A stretch of 64,000 nucleotides of DNA from Vulcanimicrobiota bacterium (lineage in GTDB: Bacteria; Vulcanimicrobiota; Vulcanimicrobiia; Vulcanimicrobiales; Vulcanimicrobiaceae), in NCBI GenBank assembly GCA_963714015.1, contig OY970223.1, forward strand, positions 832,001 through 896,000, given 5' to 3'. Both the position numbers and the translations under genes were made by a program. Shown here in pieces: positions 9,893 through 18,733 of the stretch. Within the stretch, counting starts at the first letter, position 1. The number at the start of each line of letters is the position of its first letter. Below the pieces are notes generated by a model that saw only the letters and a program-made list of their open reading frames with translations, did no database searches and was not told the DNA's origin.

Positions 9893-10127
9893 TACAGGGA
9901 AGGACCCTCACGGCTTCCGAGGGACGGTACGGAGGCTGACAACCACGTCGTTCAAATCGGCGCGAACCGGCTGTTCAGAAGAGCGCGGGGCCGGCGTTTC
10001 GCAAATTTTACAACCCTAACGGGCTGAAGCGAACGAAGCCGCCGAACTATTTTGGTGTGAGTTGCGTTACGTACACGCAGCCGTCATTGCACGCGTCAGT
10101 GTGTAAGGAGAGCGGCTGATTTCGATC

Positions 10128-11651
10128 ATGCTCTCTCCGGCACGTTCATACGCCAACCCCGTTCAACGCGGCGACTATCCCGATCCGTCGGTTGTCCGCG
10201 TCGGGAACGAGTTTTGGGCCTGCACGACCTCCACCGAATGGGCCCCGCAGTTTCCGCTTTTGCGCTCGACCGACTTGGTGCATTGGAAGCGCGTCGGCGC
10301 CGTCTTCAACGAGCGACCGCAGTGGTCGCGCGGGAGTTTTTGGGCGCCGGAAATTTCTGCGCATCGGGGCCGCTTTTTCGTTTACTATGTTGCCGAGCAT
10401 GAAAGCGGCCCACTCACGATTGCCGTCGCAACGGCAGAACGTCCCGGCGGGCCCTACGTCGATCACGGGCCGCTTGTCGGACAGGCATCAGGCTCGATCG
10501 ATCCCACGCCCGTAACGGGAAAAGACGGCCGGCGATATTTGATTTGGAAGGAAGACGGAAACAGCCGCGCCCTTCCGACGACTATTTGGATTCAGCCCCT
10601 CAGCGCCGACGGTCTCCGGCTCGTCGGTGAAGCGCGCGTAATTTTGCGGAACGACGCGCCGTGGGAGGGTCCGGTCGTAGAGGGGCCGAGCGTCGTGCGG
10701 CGCGGCGAATGGTTCTATCTGTTCTATTCGGGAAACTCGTGCTGCGGCAAGAACTGCAATTACGCGGTCGGCGTCGCGCGTGCTCGTTCCGTACTCGGCC
10801 CTTGGGAGAAGTACGGCGGCAATCCGATTCTGAAGAGCAATTCGACGTGGCGTTGTCCGGGGCACGGCAGCGTCGTCGAAGCTGCGAACGGCCGCACGTT
10901 CTACCTTTACCATGCCTATTCCACAACAGATTCGATCTACGTGGGGCGACAAGTGCTGCTCGACGAGGTACGATGGAATGATGACGCTTGGCCCGCGATC
11001 AACGACGGCCGGGGTCCCAGTACGTTCGCGCGGCGTCCGTTCGACGGCCGGTCGAAATCCGAGGCGCCGGGCCATTTTTTCAGCGCGTTTCTACGGCGCC
11101 GGCTTTCTCCGGCATGGCAGTGGCCGCAAGGCCATCGTCCGCACATTTCGTTCAAAGCGTGGCGGCGCGGTGTCGTCGTGAGCTGCACAGGCGAATGTGA
11201 GGACGTCATTTGCAGTGTGCTTGCGCGGGGCACGGAAAGCACCACCTATCTCGCTGAAACGGCGATTGACGTGCGCACGCTCGCTCCGGGCGTGCAAGCG
11301 GGGATATGCGCGTACGGCGATTCGGAAAATGCCGCCGGCGTAGGGATTCGCGACGGGGAAGTGATCGTTTTCCGCCGTTCGCGCGGCAAGCACCGCTCGA
11401 TTTCTCGCATGCCAGTTTCGAAAGGCGCAACGGTGCGATTGCGCATGCAGGCAAACGGCGGCTACGAATTCACATTTGCAATGAGCGTAAACGGCATGCG
11501 GTGGACCGATTTGTCGCCGGCGCCGGTGCGCGCGCCGCACCTATGCCCGTGGGATCGCGGAATTCGCGTCGCGCTGACGGTCGGCGGAGCGCAAGACGCT
11601 TCGGCGCGATTCAAATGGATGCGAATTCGCAACAGCGCGTACCACAAATAA
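10128..11651 (+). CDS. Glycoside hydrolase family 43 with C-terminal beta-sandwich
   Basis: YPDPSV, WAPEI, IDP, VEGP and GHGS motifs of the GH43 five-bladed propeller. Confidence 0.9.
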   Translation: MLSPARSYANPVQRGDYPDPSVVRVGNEFWACTTSTEWAPQFPLLRSTDLVHWKRVGAVFNERPQWSRGSFWAPEISAHRGRFFVYYVAEHESGPLTIAVATAERPGGPYVDHGPLVGQASGSIDPTPVTGKDGRRYLIWKEDGNSRALPTTIWIQPLSADGLRLVGEARVILRNDAPWEGPVVEGPSVVRRGEWFYLFYSGNSCCGKNCNYAVGVARARSVLGPWEKYGGNPILKSNSTWRCPGHGSVVEAANGRTFYLYHAYSTTDSIYVGRQVLLDEVRWNDDAWPAINDGRGPSTFARRPFDGRSKSEAPGHFFSAFLRRRLSPAWQWPQGHRPHISFKAWRRGVVVSCTGECEDVICSVLARGTESTTYLAETAIDVRTLAPGVQAGICAYGDSENAAGVGIRDGEVIVFRRSRGKHRSISRMPVSKGATVRLRMQANGGYEFTFAMSVNGMRWTDLSPAPVRAPHLCPWDRGIRVALTVGGAQDASARFKWMRIRNSAYHK

Positions 11652-11665
11652 CAAAACGCTAAACC

Positions 11666-11692
11666 GTTTGGTGCTGAGCCGCCAAGGGGTAT
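11666..11692 (+). promoter_or_regulatory. SigB/SigF-type (general stress) promoter candidate
   Basis: GTTT (11666-11669), 17-nt spacer, GGGTAT (11687-11692), 35 nt before the glycosyltransferase start. Confidence 0.6.
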
Positions 11693-11727
11693 AGAAACCC
11701 ACCTATTATTACTTGCTACGGTGGGTT

Positions 11728-12846
11728 ATGATGCAGCGCTCGACGCCGATATTCTGCTTTTCGCACCTGCGCTGGGACTTCGTATACCAGCGTCCGCAAC
11801 ACATTCTAACGCGTCTGGCCGCAGACCGCGACGTCTACTACTTCGAAGAACCGGTTTTTGAAAGCGCCGTTGCGCCACAGCTTCTCGAAGAGCATCCGTA
11901 CGACGGCGTAACGGTTCTTCGCCCGCGTATGGAAGCGGGCGACTCCGAAAGCGTCGAGCACGTCCAGGAACGCTTGCTGCAATCGTTTGCCGCGCAGCGC
12001 GGCATTTCGCATCCAATCACTTGGTACTACACGCCGATGGCCCTGGGGTACACCCGGAATTTTGGACGTTCGACTTGCGTGTACGACTGCATGGACGAGC
12101 TTTCCATGTTCGCGTTCGCACCCCCGAATCTCGTGGAGCGCGAGCGCGAACTCTTGGGGCGAGCGGATGTGGTCTTTACCGGTGGCCGCAGGCTCTTCTA
12201 CAATAAGCGCAAGCATCACGGCAACGTTCGCTGCTTCCCCAGCGCCGTTGACGCGGCGCATTTTGCGCCCGGTTTGCGTTCGGAACCTTCGGAAATGGCA
12301 GGCCTTCCGCATCCGCGTCTGGGCTTTTACGGCGTGGTCGACGAGCGCTTCGATACGACGTTGCTTGCTCGAGCAGCAGACCTGCGTCCCCAGTGGCAAT
12401 TCATCATTATCGGTCCGGTCGTAAAGATCGATCCGGCCGCCTTGCCCCATCGGCCCAACATTCACTACGTCGGGCAGCGTTCGTACGACACTCTGCCCGC
12501 ATACCTCGAGCATTGGGATATTGCCATGCTTCCATTTGCATTGAACGACTCCACCCGGTTTATCTCGCCGACAAAAACGCTTGAATACCTGGCAGCGCAC
12601 AAGCCCGCCATCTCGACGCCCATCGCCGACGTCGTCGACCCGTACGGCGAAAACGGACTGGTTGCGATTGCCCGTAATGCTGAAGAATTCGTTGCGCTCG
12701 CCGAACGGATTTTGTCGGCCGGCATCGCGCCCGGCTGGCAAAAGCGAGTTGACGAGCTCGTTTGCGCAAACAGCTGGGACGCTGTGGCGGCCGGCATGAG
12801 CGCTGAATTGGAACGCATTGCGCTCGCCCAGGCCGTGGCGCAATGA
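11728..12846 (+). CDS. Glycosyltransferase (GT-B fold, GT4-like)
   Basis: FSHLRWDFVYQRPQH, VYDCMDELS and SPTKTLEYLAA, typical of GTs encoded beside glf. Confidence 0.9.
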   Translation: MMQRSTPIFCFSHLRWDFVYQRPQHILTRLAADRDVYYFEEPVFESAVAPQLLEEHPYDGVTVLRPRMEAGDSESVEHVQERLLQSFAAQRGISHPITWYYTPMALGYTRNFGRSTCVYDCMDELSMFAFAPPNLVERERELLGRADVVFTGGRRLFYNKRKHHGNVRCFPSAVDAAHFAPGLRSEPSEMAGLPHPRLGFYGVVDERFDTTLLARAADLRPQWQFIIIGPVVKIDPAALPHRPNIHYVGQRSYDTLPAYLEHWDIAMLPFALNDSTRFISPTKTLEYLAAHKPAISTPIADVVDPYGENGLVAIARNAEEFVALAERILSAGIAPGWQKRVDELVCANSWDAVAAGMSAELERIALAQAVAQ

Positions 12847-13958
12847 AATTCGATTGTCTCATCGTTGGGGCCGGCTTCGCCGGCTCTGTTCTTGCTGAGC
12901 GGCTGGCGCGCGACGCAGGCAAGTCGGTTTTGCTCGTCGATCGCCGTAACCACATCGGCGGTAACGCGTACGACGAATACAATGCCGAAGGACTGCTGGT
13001 CCATCGGTACGGTCCCCATATTTTCCATACGAACTGCACGGAGGTTTTCGGTTACCTAAGCCGCTTTACCGAGTGGCGCCCGTACGAGCACCGCGTGCTT
13101 GCGCGCGTCGGCGACCGGCTGCTGCCCATTCCAATCAATCTCGACACGATAAACGGCCTGTACGGTCTGAATCTGCGCGAAGACGAGGTCGAAGCCTTTC
13201 TCAGCGAGCGCGCCGAAAAAGTTCCGCGTATTCGCACCTCGGAAGACGCAGTCGTTGCGCGGGTCGGCCGGGACTTGTACGAAAAGTTCTTCAAATACTA
13301 CACGCGTAAGCAATGGGGCCTGGACCCCTCGGAGCTCGACGCGTCGGTCACATCACGCATTCCGGTGCGAACGGATCGCGACGACCGGTACTTTGGTGAC
13401 AAACACCAGGCAATGCCGCTACACGGATACACGCGCATGTTCGAAAACATGCTGGATCACCCCAACGTCCGGATCGAACTGGGAATCGATTACCGCAATT
13501 TGGGGAAGTCCGTACGGTACGACACGCTAATCTACACGGGACCGGTGGACGAGTTCTTCGATTTCCGGTTCGGCAAGTTGCCCTACCGGTCGCTGCGGTT
13601 CGAACACGTGACGGTCGACTCGGAGCAGCTTCAACCGGTCGCGGTCGTGAATTATCCGAACGAGCACCCTTACACGCGAATCACCGAATACAAGCATTTG
13701 ACCGGTCAAGCGCATCCGAAGACTGCCGTCACGTACGAGTACCCCCAAAACGAAGGAGATCCGTACTACCCGGTTCCGCGTCCGCAGAACGCCGAGCTGT
13801 ACGAGCGATACAAGCGTTTGGCTGACGCGCTGCCGGACGTGAAGTTCGTAGGCCGGCTTGCAACGTACCGCTATTATAATATGGATCAAGTCGTGGCGCA
13901 GGCGCTCACGACCTATGCCAAACTGCGGGGCGCGGAATCGTGGACGCAGGTGGCGTAG
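12843..13958 (+). CDS. glf: UDP-galactopyranose mutase
   Basis: GAGFAG FAD motif; HRYGPHIFHT; YTRKQWG; LPYRSL; PYYP; GRLATYRYYNMDQVV. Confidence 0.97.
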   Translation: MKFDCLIVGAGFAGSVLAERLARDAGKSVLLVDRRNHIGGNAYDEYNAEGLLVHRYGPHIFHTNCTEVFGYLSRFTEWRPYEHRVLARVGDRLLPIPINLDTINGLYGLNLREDEVEAFLSERAEKVPRIRTSEDAVVARVGRDLYEKFFKYYTRKQWGLDPSELDASVTSRIPVRTDRDDRYFGDKHQAMPLHGYTRMFENMLDHPNVRIELGIDYRNLGKSVRYDTLIYTGPVDEFFDFRFGKLPYRSLRFEHVTVDSEQLQPVAVVNYPNEHPYTRITEYKHLTGQAHPKTAVTYEYPQNEGDPYYPVPRPQNAELYERYKRLADALPDVKFVGRLATYRYYNMDQVVAQALTTYAKLRGAESWTQVA

Positions 13959-15328
13959 ATCTCTGGGGCGGCGTCGAGTGTACCGTTTGCCGCATCGGCG
14001 AGCGGTACGTCGACCAGACGATCGCGTCGGGTCACCACGTTCGGGCGGACGATCTCGACCTCATCGCGTCACTCGGCCTCACCCACCTGCGTTATCCGGT
14101 CCTTTGGGAGCGCGTCGCTCCCGAAGGGCTGCGGCACGCCGACTGGACGTGGACCGACGAGCGGCTGCACCTGCTGCGCGAGCGCAACATTACCCCGATC
14201 GTTACGTTGCTGCACCACGGCAGCGGACCGCGCGACACGAATCTGTTGGATCCGCTGTTTGCCGAGAAACTTGCCGAATTCGGCGGTGCCGTCGCCCGGC
14301 GATATCCCTGGCTTCGATATTTCACGCCCGTTAACGAACCTGGAACGACGGCGCGTTTCAGCGCGCTTTACGGCTGGTGGTATCCACACGCGCGGGACGA
14401 CCGATCGTTCTACACGGCGCTGATCAATCAAATTTCGGGCATTCGCAAGGCCATGGACGCGATACGGGCCCACATTCCACAGGCGCAGCTCGTTACGACG
14501 GAAGATCTCGGCAAGACCTATTCCACACCGTCGCTGCATTATCAGGCGGCGTACGAAAACGCGCGGCGCTTGCTTTCGTACGACCTGCTTTGCGGCACGT
14601 TGGACGAGAATCCGCAGATGCGCGCGCAGCTGGGCAGCTTTGGTTTTCCCATTGAAGCACTCGAGAAAGAACTGCGCTGCGAGCCGGCGATTCTAGGCTT
14701 TAATTATTACGTCACCGGCGAGCGCTGGCTCGACGAACGCCTTGATCTTTATCCGAACTCTATGCGCGGAGGGAACGGGCGCGACGAATACGTTGACGTT
14801 GAAGCAGTGCGAGTGCGGCGCGGAGCGGCGGGGGCACGCACCTTACTGCAGGAATGTTGGAACCGCTACCGCCGGCCTATGGCGATAATGGAAGCGCACT
14901 TGGCCTGCTCGCATGATGAACAGATCCGGTGGCTGCGCGATCTGTATTGCGACGCTGCCGGCTTGCGCCGGAGCGGCGTCGACCTCCGCGCCGTCACCGT
15001 ATGGTCTCTGCTCGGAGCGTTCGATTGGAACTCGATGCTTACGCGGCAAGACGGCTATTACGAGACCGGGGCGTTTGACGTTTCCGGCGGTGTCGTCAAA
15101 GAAACGCCGCTCGGTTCCTTCGTTCGCACTTTGGCGCGTGCGCCCGAACTCGCTCTGGCGCAGGTTCACGGCCAGGGGTGGTGGCGGCAGCCGGCGCGGC
15201 TGTCCTACGCCGAGCCGGAATCGGCTGCCTCAGCTGCCGGTCTCGAGGAGGGAAACGGTCACGAAGGAGTGGACCGAACGGCACGACTATGTGGCTCACA
15301 TGAAGCGCGAACGCAATTCACGGCATGA
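13940..15328 (+). CDS. Glycoside hydrolase family 1 (beta-glucosidase-like, glf-cluster type)
   Basis: LWGGVECT; LRYPVLWE; TPVNEP acid/base; GFNYY; IMEAH nucleophile region. Confidence 0.85.
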   Translation: MDAGGVDLWGGVECTVCRIGERYVDQTIASGHHVRADDLDLIASLGLTHLRYPVLWERVAPEGLRHADWTWTDERLHLLRERNITPIVTLLHHGSGPRDTNLLDPLFAEKLAEFGGAVARRYPWLRYFTPVNEPGTTARFSALYGWWYPHARDDRSFYTALINQISGIRKAMDAIRAHIPQAQLVTTEDLGKTYSTPSLHYQAAYENARRLLSYDLLCGTLDENPQMRAQLGSFGFPIEALEKELRCEPAILGFNYYVTGERWLDERLDLYPNSMRGGNGRDEYVDVEAVRVRRGAAGARTLLQECWNRYRRPMAIMEAHLACSHDEQIRWLRDLYCDAAGLRRSGVDLRAVTVWSLLGAFDWNSMLTRQDGYYETGAFDVSGGVVKETPLGSFVRTLARAPELALAQVHGQGWWRQPARLSYAEPESAASAAGLEEGNGHEGVDRTARLCGSHEARTQFTA

Positions 15329-15794
15329 AGGAGAGGTCGATGCCTCGCAGCGCATCGACCGCTTGATCGCAGAGATCCCGGACTGGCGCGCACAGACGCT
15401 CGCGGCGGTGCGAAAGAGCATTTTGGCGGCAGACCCCGAGATCGTCGAAGAATGGAAGTGGATGGGAAGCCCTGTTTGGTCTCGCGAGGGAATCATCGCC
15501 GTCGGAAACGCGCACAAAGAAAAGGTCAAGCTGACTTTTGCGAATGGCGCGAAGCTGGCCGATCCGCAGAAGATCTTCAACAATGGTTTCGGTGGAAGCA
15601 AGTGGCGGGCGATCGACCTTTTCGAGGGCGACAAAGTCAACGAACGCGCGCTCAAAAATCTTGTCCGCGCCGCTATCGAGTACAATCAAAGCCTCTCTAA
15701 AAAGAAGGTACCCGCGCGAAAACCGCAGGTCAGCCGAGCGAGTTCGCCGGATCGGCCTGCCGCGAAAAAATCGCGATCGCCAAGATCGCGCTGA
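15300..15794 (+). CDS. DUF1801 (YdhG-like) domain protein
   Basis: DWRAQTLAAVRKSILAADPEIVEEWKWMGSPVW...KVKLTFANGAKLADPQKIFN; start is uncertain. Confidence 0.85.
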   Translation: MKRERNSRHEGEVDASQRIDRLIAEIPDWRAQTLAAVRKSILAADPEIVEEWKWMGSPVWSREGIIAVGNAHKEKVKLTFANGAKLADPQKIFNNGFGGSKWRAIDLFEGDKVNERALKNLVRAAIEYNQSLSKKKVPARKPQVSRASSPDRPAAKKSRSPRSR

Positions 15795-16959
15795 CGCCTA
15801 CGGCATTCGAAATCCAGGTCAGCCGTTCGTTCAACGTCATGGAGCCCATGGAAACGCCGCCGAACGCGTGACCGATGGCCAGTTCCATCACCGCGCCCGC
15901 AAGAATGGCTCCGGCAATGAACAACGCGACGAACGTCCACGTAATTCGCGCCGGAAACGATTTCAAGTAGATCGCTATCAAAGGCGGAACCAGCAAGTCG
16001 CCATAGATAAATGACGTGTTTGCGCCAAGCGGAATTCCGGCATTGGCAAGAAACCGCGCGATGGGAACGTTACCCATGGAGCAAACGAACGTCAAGACCG
16101 CAATGCACAGGCCCAGCGCGAGAAGCAGAAGGTAGCCGGCGTATGGAATGCTGCCGACGAAATGCAGCGCGCCGGAAAGCCATTGCGGCGGGACGAGTGC
16201 GGCGGCAAATCCGGCAACGAGATAGCCGATCGCCAGTTCATTTCGTAGCATGAGGACGTCGTTCCAAGCCGTTTCGCGAACTTCGCGCCACGTTTGAGCA
16301 CGCTTGAGGGCCTGCCACCCTTTTGCACCGTTTGCGGATTCCGCACCCGCGATATATCGCGCGGGATCGGCGGAAAGGTCGAGCTGATGCTTTCTGCCGC
16401 ACGCGTAATATGTCCGGCCCGTATACTCTACGGCGAACTCCGGTTCGCCTTCCATGCCGCAGGCGGGGCACTCCGTCACGATGGTTCCATCGGGTGATCC
16501 GGGCGCCGGTTGCTCTAGGCGCAGCCTTTCCAGCTCCCCCGGCCGGAATGCGAGCGTGAATCCAAGAGCGACGACGGCAATGATAATCGCGCCTCCGAAA
16601 AACTCGGCGAACGCGAACCTCCACCCCAGCAGCGACCAGAACAGAATGAGGATGGCGACGTTCATGTTCGTCGACGAAATCAGAAACGCAAAGACGGCAC
16701 GGACGTCTGCGCCGCGCTGATAAAAACCTCGGGCCGCAGCCGCCGCGCCGTAAGAGCATGCGGAGGAGATGATACCGAAGCCGGCTCCGTTCAGTATTCC
16801 GCGAAGGTTCGGACCCAAGAAGCGCTGCATAGCCGAGGGCGTAAGGGCTACCTGAACCGTGGCGGAGATCAGGAAACCGAAGATCAAACCAAATAGGCTG
16901 TCCCATAAAAATTGCAGGGACTGAAGCAGTCCGGCGCCGATGGCCACAAGCACGATCAT
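15730..16959 (-). CDS. DUF318/ArsP-like permease with an internal YHS/TRASH metal-binding domain
   Basis: SSACSYGA and TFVCSMGNVPIA repeats of the DUF318 family; inserted CPACGM...EYTGRTYYACG...DPARY. Confidence 0.85.
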   Translation of the reverse strand: MIVLVAIGAGLLQSLQFLWDSLFGLIFGFLISATVQVALTPSAMQRFLGPNLRGILNGAGFGIISSACSYGAAAAARGFYQRGADVRAVFAFLISSTNMNVAILILFWSLLGWRFAFAEFFGGAIIIAVVALGFTLAFRPGELERLRLEQPAPGSPDGTIVTECPACGMEGEPEFAVEYTGRTYYACGRKHQLDLSADPARYIAGAESANGAKGWQALKRAQTWREVRETAWNDVLMLRNELAIGYLVAGFAAALVPPQWLSGALHFVGSIPYAGYLLLLALGLCIAVLTFVCSMGNVPIARFLANAGIPLGANTSFIYGDLLVPPLIAIYLKSFPARITWTFVALFIAGAILAGAVMELAIGHAFGGVSMGSMTLNERLTWISNAVGVSAILAIAIFSRQADPANSLG

Positions 16960-17021
16960 GCGAACGCCAGAACCAAAGACTTCCGGCGCGAGGTTGCACC
17001 TGTCCTTAAGGAGGGCCTGTT

Positions 17022-17408
17022 GTGTTTCCGCATTTGGCAAACTTTACCGACTACAACTTGTTGTTTCTGCGCCTAATGGCCGGCCTGGTCTTCACGTACA
17101 GCGGTTACAGCGACCTCAAGGATCCCGATGCGCGCAGCAAGAGCATCGAGATGTCCAAGAACTTTGCGCTCTTTCTCGGTGCGGCAGAACTGCTCGGCGG
17201 CATCGCGGTGATCGTCGGGTTTCTGGTTCAACTTGCCTGCATCGGCTTGGCGCTGATTATGCTCGGAGCAGCCCAAAAGAAGCTCTTCGTCTGGAAGACC
17301 GGCTTCTGGGGCAAAGACGGACTAGGCTGGAACTACGAACTGATCGTGCTGTCCATGGTGCTCGTGATCTTGTGCACCGACGGAGGCCGATTCATTCTGC
17401 TCGGCTAG
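17022..17408 (+). CDS. DoxX family membrane protein
   Basis: LLFLRL..G, ELLGGIAVIVG and GWNYEL...GGRF pattern; four TM segments. Confidence 0.85.
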   Translation: MFPHLANFTDYNLLFLRLMAGLVFTYSGYSDLKDPDARSKSIEMSKNFALFLGAAELLGGIAVIVGFLVQLACIGLALIMLGAAQKKLFVWKTGFWGKDGLGWNYELIVLSMVLVILCTDGGRFILLG

Positions 17409-17989
17409 GCGTTCGTCAAGTCGAGCAGCAGGCATTTTGCGCTCGCGCGGAAGCGGTTAATATCTCCGTACGTGCGAGCAACAAGCATTGCGCCCTCAAG
17501 CGATCCAAGCACGAGACGAGCACGCTCCTTCGCGGATTCGCGAAAACGCATCGTTCCATTTTTCCGTCCCGTTTCAAGTACCGCGGCGAGCCAGCGTTCG
17601 TTGACGTCGAAGAAGCGCTTGAGTTCGTCCTGCATCGTTTGCGGCAACGTCGAAAATTCCGCGGCGAACATTCCGCACAGGCAAAGGCGGTCGTCCACCA
17701 GGACGTCGCCATACAGCATCGCGTAGCGGCGCAGCCGCTCCGCTGGGTCTGTATACCGCTCCGCAATTCCCCCCAGCGCCGCCTCGAAATTGTCGCGGTA
17801 ACGCAGGATGAGCGCTTTGCCCAATTCACTCTTCGACGGAAAATGGTAGTGTAGCGCCGCTTTCGTGACGAGCAATTTTTCCGCGATATCGGCATAACTG
17901 AATCCGTTGAAGCCGCGCCGCTGCGCAAGCTCTTCGGCTACGTCCAGAATGCGCTCCGCGGCCCCGATCGTCCGGTTCTTTTGCTGCAT
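17405..17989 (-). CDS. TetR/AcrR family regulator (NemR-like, Cys-containing)
   Basis: RGFNGFSYADIAEKLLVTKAALHYHFPSKSEL HTH; CLCG in the C-terminal domain. Confidence 0.92.
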   Translation of the reverse strand: MQQKNRTIGAAERILDVAEELAQRRGFNGFSYADIAEKLLVTKAALHYHFPSKSELGKALILRYRDNFEAALGGIAERYTDPAERLRRYAMLYGDVLVDDRLCLCGMFAAEFSTLPQTMQDELKRFFDVNERWLAAVLETGRKNGTMRFRESAKERARLVLGSLEGAMLVARTYGDINRFRASAKCLLLDLTNA

Positions 17990-17990
17990 G

Positions 17991-18019
17991 TTGACTTTTT
18001 ACCTACTAGTAGGTAGAGT
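17991..18019 (+). promoter_or_regulatory. Sigma-70 promoter with a perfect 16-bp palindromic TetR operator
   Basis: TTGACT (17991-17996), 17 nt, TAGAGT (18014-18019); TACCTACTAGTAGGTA at 18000-18015, between the divergent TetR and cupin genes. Confidence 0.8.
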
Positions 18020-18081
18020 AACAAATACACACGGGACACTTCAAGCCCCTATTCCGCAGCCTCGTGAGAGAGGAAACGTAT

Positions 18082-18453
18082 ATGCAAGGGGTTCAGCAGC
18101 GCACGCACCACGGCTCGTTCGGAAAGCCGGACGAAGTACGCGAATTTGCGAAAGGCCGCGCAGAGATTCTTCAAATCGACGGCACCCCGATCGGCCGCAT
18201 GATCTTTCAACCCGGATGGCGCTGGTCGGTCGACCTCAAGCCCGTAGCGGGCACCGAGAGTTGCCGCGCACCGCATTTCCAATATCATGTTTCCGGAACG
18301 CTCGGCATCAAGATGGACGACGGCACCGAAATCGTGGCCAAGGCCGGCGACGTCACCTCGCTGCCGGAGGGGCACGACGCCTGGGTGATCGGCGATGAGC
18401 CGGTCGTGGTCGTCGACTGGTTCGGTGCGAGCAACTACGCACAAAAGGTCTAA
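18082..18453 (+). CDS. Cupin domain protein
   Basis: FQPGWRWS..KP.AGTESC..PH...GDV..LPEGHDAWVIGDEP; GAGAGG SD. Confidence 0.88.
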   Translation: MQGVQQRTHHGSFGKPDEVREFAKGRAEILQIDGTPIGRMIFQPGWRWSVDLKPVAGTESCRAPHFQYHVSGTLGIKMDDGTEIVAKAGDVTSLPEGHDAWVIGDEPVVVVDWFGASNYAQKV

Positions 18454-18482
18454 TTTTGCTCTCCTGTTCTTAGGAGGTTTAG

Positions 18483-18674
18483 ATGGAAACCAAGACGCGC
18501 AAGTACATCGACTGCCGTGATTTTCCGAGCGAAACCAATTGCTCGCTGACGATTGCCGGTGCCGAAGAGGAAGTGGTCAAGGCCGCAGTGGAGCATGCAG
18601 TCTCCAGTCATGGCCACTCGGCAGGTTCCGAACTGACCCGAACGATTCGCAGCGCGCTCCACGACGAAATGTAG
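18483..18674 (+). CDS. DUF1059 small metal-binding protein
   Basis: IDCRD.PSETNC...G.EEEVV.AAVEHAVSSHGH; AGGAGG SD. Confidence 0.88.
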   Translation: METKTRKYIDCRDFPSETNCSLTIAGAEEEVVKAAVEHAVSSHGHSAGSELTRTIRSALHDEM

Positions 18675-18733
18675 CGGACTAGTTCGCTCTCGCGCATCCA
18701 ATTTACGACCGCGATTCGGGCGAACGAGCCGGA

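Noticed and set aside
15230..15299. KEWTERHDY resembling a DUF899 C-terminal remnant
   Set aside because: The similarity is too short and it overlaps the GH1 reading frame.
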